DNA of 64,000 bases. Origin: Sedimentisphaerales bacterium. Lineage in GTDB: Bacteria > Planctomycetota > Phycisphaerae > Sedimentisphaerales > Anaerobacaceae. Under the pieces are notes generated by a model. It worked only from the letters and a program-made list of their open reading frames with translations. It was not told the DNA's origin and did not search any database. Each line of letters begins with the position of its first letter. The first letter of the stretch is position 1. A program made the translations under genes and the position numbers. Below, in pieces: positions 61,623-64,000 of this stretch. The stretch lies in contig OY970194.1 in assembly GCA_963708075.1 (NCBI GenBank), forward strand, positions 2,240,001 to 2,304,000, read 5' to 3'.

Positions 61623-62465
61623 ATGGGAGATCAGGCAGTCAACTTGCATCTGGCAGACGCTCGCAGCCCCCTGGCGAAGGTTTTCGCCGTGACCAGCGGC
61701 AAGGGCGGCGTAGGCAAGACGAATATCGCGGCCAACCTGGCCATCTGCCTGGCCGCTTTGAATAAGCGAGTACTCCTGCTGGATGCCGATTTCTCGCTGG
61801 CCAACCTCGATGTCGTGATGGACATCCGCCACAAGTACGACATCTCGCACGTGATCAGCGGGCACAAGCGCATGGAAGAGGTCATTCAGCCCGGTCCCAA
61901 GGGCGTGCAGGTCATCTGCGGCGCCTCCGGGCTCGACAAGCTCGCCGACCTCAGCGAGGGCGAGCAGCGCCACCTGTTGCACCATCTGTCCAAGCTGCAG
62001 CAGGAGACCGACATGATCGTGGTGGACACCGCCGCGGGGATCTCCCGATCCGTGGTGAATTTCTGTCTCGCCGCCGATCACGTGTTGGTGGTCACGACGC
62101 CGGAGGCCACGGCCTTGACCGACGCTTACGGCATGATCAAGGTGCTCGCCCGCAAGCGATACCAAGGACCGATAAGCATCGTGGTGAATATGGCTCGCGA
62201 CATGGCGGAAGGCAAGCGCACGTACCAGCGCATCGCCGACGTCGCCCGCAAGTTCCTCGAGAGAGACCTCTATTTCGCCGCCGTGCTGCCGAAAGATGAG
62301 CGGTTGTGCACGGCGGTACGCTCGCGAAAACCCGTGGTTCTGGCGTACCCCAACGCCCAGATCAGCTCATCGCTGGCCAAGCTGGCGGGACGATTGAGTG
62401 ATGTTCGTCGCGACGTGGAGGTCTCCGGCGGCTTCTTCCGAAAGGTCGTCAAGTGGTTGAACTAA
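61623..62465 (+). CDS. flhG: FlhG/FleN (MinD/ParA-family ATPase)
   Basis: TSGKGGVGKTN, DAD.SLAN, DTAAG, TTPE.TALTDAY..IK. Confidence 0.85.
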   Translation: MGDQAVNLHLADARSPLAKVFAVTSGKGGVGKTNIAANLAICLAALNKRVLLLDADFSLANLDVVMDIRHKYDISHVISGHKRMEEVIQPGPKGVQVICGASGLDKLADLSEGEQRHLLHHLSKLQQETDMIVVDTAAGISRSVVNFCLAADHVLVVTTPEATALTDAYGMIKVLARKRYQGPISIVVNMARDMAEGKRTYQRIADVARKFLERDLYFAAVLPKDERLCTAVRSRKPVVLAYPNAQISSSLAKLAGRLSDVRRDVEVSGGFFRKVVKWLN

Positions 62466-62489
62466 AGTCCGGCACGATGAGGCCGATAA
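62463..62489 (+). promoter_or_regulatory. Sigma28 promoter upstream of fliA
   Basis: Exact TAAA-N15-GCCGATAA. Confidence 0.75.
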
Positions 62490-62616
62490 AGAGGTTGTGG
62501 GGTTCCGTACGGAATCACGCAGGCTGTCTGGAGGGTGATAACGGTACGCACGCGACAGTAAGGGCTGTAGTACTGCGCAAAAGGATGCATGTTGCAGATC
62601 GTAACGGAGACAACCC

Positions 62617-63414
62617 GTGAAGACAGAGCAGGCAGGCAAGATGGATGAGAAGCTGACGATCGAGCAAGTCTGGGAGGCATTCCACAAGACTCATGAGGAT
62701 CGTTACCGGAATCTTCTGATGGAGAACTACCGGGACCTGGTGAAGTACGCGGCGGAGCGGCTGCACAGCAAACTGCCTGACAAGGTTGAGCTCGACGACC
62801 TGATCAGTGCCGGGATCTTCGGCCTGATGGACGCTATCGACGCGTATGATCCGTCCCGCGGCGTGAAATTCGAGACGTACTGCGCCCCGCGAATCAAGGG
62901 CTCGATCCTCGATGAGCTTCGCAGCATGGACTGGGTGCCCCGCCTGGTCCGGGCCCGGGCCCACCAGTTGGCCAAGGCCACGCACACGCTCGAGATGCAC
63001 CTTGGCCGCAGACCCGACGAGCAGGAGTTGGCCGAGGAACTCAACATGGATGTCGAGGAGTTCGGCCGCCTGCAGCGGGACGCGAACGCCGCCTGCCTGG
63101 TGTCGCTCAGCACCAAGTGCGGTGACAACGAGGGAGAGAAAGACGTTTGCGAAATCGACGTCATCAAGGACCACCGGAGCGAAGACCCCCTGCTCGAAGC
63201 GCAGAAACGCGATCTCAAGAACCTCCTGACCAAGGGACTCACCCGCGCCGAGCGTCTCATTATCGTCCTATATTATTACGAAGAAATGACGATGAAAGAG
63301 ATCGGGGCGACACTCGATCTGTCGGAGTCCCGCGTCTCCCAGATGCATTCGTCCATCGTCGCCCGCCTCAAGGCCCAGATGAACACCCGCAAAAAGGAGT
63401 TCGCGGTCGAATAG
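62617..63414 (+). CDS. fliA: FliA/WhiG-family sigma factor (sigma28)
   Basis: DDL.SAG.FGL.DA, RI.G.I.DELR.MDWVPR, YYYEE.TMKEIG..L.LSESRVSQ.H. Confidence 0.95.
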   Translation: MKTEQAGKMDEKLTIEQVWEAFHKTHEDRYRNLLMENYRDLVKYAAERLHSKLPDKVELDDLISAGIFGLMDAIDAYDPSRGVKFETYCAPRIKGSILDELRSMDWVPRLVRARAHQLAKATHTLEMHLGRRPDEQELAEELNMDVEEFGRLQRDANAACLVSLSTKCGDNEGEKDVCEIDVIKDHRSEDPLLEAQKRDLKNLLTKGLTRAERLIIVLYYYEEMTMKEIGATLDLSESRVSQMHSSIVARLKAQMNTRKKEFAVE

Positions 63415-63563
63415 CGCATAAACCCCTGCTTTTGAGGAGGTGGTGGGAGGAATAAAAGCAGGGGCCAAATGAAAAAGCATCCTTATTATGCGCCCTTTCC
63501 AGGCCCGAGTCAAGCAAAAATGCCTCGTGGATGACGGCTGTGTGACTCTATCAAAGAAAAACC

Positions 63564-63598
63564 AAAGGGCCGGCGGCTCCGTTCTCCGCCAGCCCTTT
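63564..63598. terminator. Probable bidirectional terminator between convergent genes
   Basis: AAAGGGCCGGCGG...CCGCCAGCCCTTT. Confidence 0.6.
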
Positions 63599-63624
63599 CC
63601 CGTTTGCCATAGGGGTGATGCGTC

Positions 63625-64000
63625 CTACGGCTGGGCCGGTGGGTTCGCCTTTTCCCACTCGGTCGTGAAGACCTTCAAATCCTCGATGTCCACTACACCG
63701 TCGCCCCAGGCATACGGCCCGATGTCGTAGAGCGTGTTGTCCGTGCCCCAGTTGTCGATGTCGATCAGCAGCCTCAGGTCGTCCAGGTCCACATTGCCGT
63801 CAGCGTTGAAGTCCACGATGGGGAGGATCGGGGTCTTGATGAGGTACGGGAAGCCGTCTCGGATGAAGTACAAGGCGGAGCCATCGGGAGCAAGACGCGG
63901 CATGTACTCTCCAGTCGGTCCGTTGACAGTGGGACCCAGACTCACCACCGGCTCCCAAGAGGCGGAGCGGCTGGCCCGCTGCGTCATCCACAAGTCACCG
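63625..64000 (-). CDS. C-terminal part of a secreted PD40-repeat protein with a dockerin/EF-hand-like tail (runs off window)
   Basis: LGPTVN....E..P.LAPDG..LYF; PIVDFNADGNVD..DL...GDGVVDIEDL. Confidence 0.7.
   Translation of the reverse strand, partial: GDLWMTQRASRSASWEPVVSLGPTVNGPTGEYMPRLAPDGSALYFIRDGFPYLIKTPILPIVDFNADGNVDLDDLRLLIDIDNWGTDNTLYDIGPYAWGDGVVDIEDLKVFTTEWEKANPPAQP

Overview
GC-rich bacterial chromosomal window, most likely Planctomycetota (Phycisphaerae/Sedimentisphaerales-like). The taxonomy is inferred from the prepilin-type protein, the IPAPG-type PEP-CTERM tail, the short 5S rRNA and the unlinked rRNA genes. Housekeeping backbone: yhaM-like HD nuclease, proS, yebC, recQ, folP, pdxB, amrS, an FAD/Fe-S oxidoreductase, mlaE/F-like ABC genes and a flgB-like/flhG/fliA cluster. 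There is also a tRNA-Ile/tRNA-Ala/23S/5S operon without 16S. Around this backbone lies very repeat-rich accessory DNA. Most notable: (1) a 9-unit non-CRISPR repeat-spacer array (core TGGCTTTGTTT, 46148-46800) between recQ and a dead Y1/HUH transposase; (2) three copies of the 5S rRNA 3' end plus terminator, separated by decaying toxin-antitoxin cassettes, suggesting serial insertion at the 5S gene; (3) unrelated cargo genes each preceded by the same sigma70-promoter module (37.8-41.3 kb); (4) synonymously diverged duplicates of gene ends (yciH, yhaM) flanking insertions; (5) an HNH-AP2/RAYT duplicated unit with complementary decay; (6) a solitary integron cassette with a clear attC; (7) an orphan signal-peptide Hcp. 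Several frameshifts fall at GGTCTC/CCWGG motifs and are probably sequencing artefacts. All calls come from reading the sequence only; no database searches were run.
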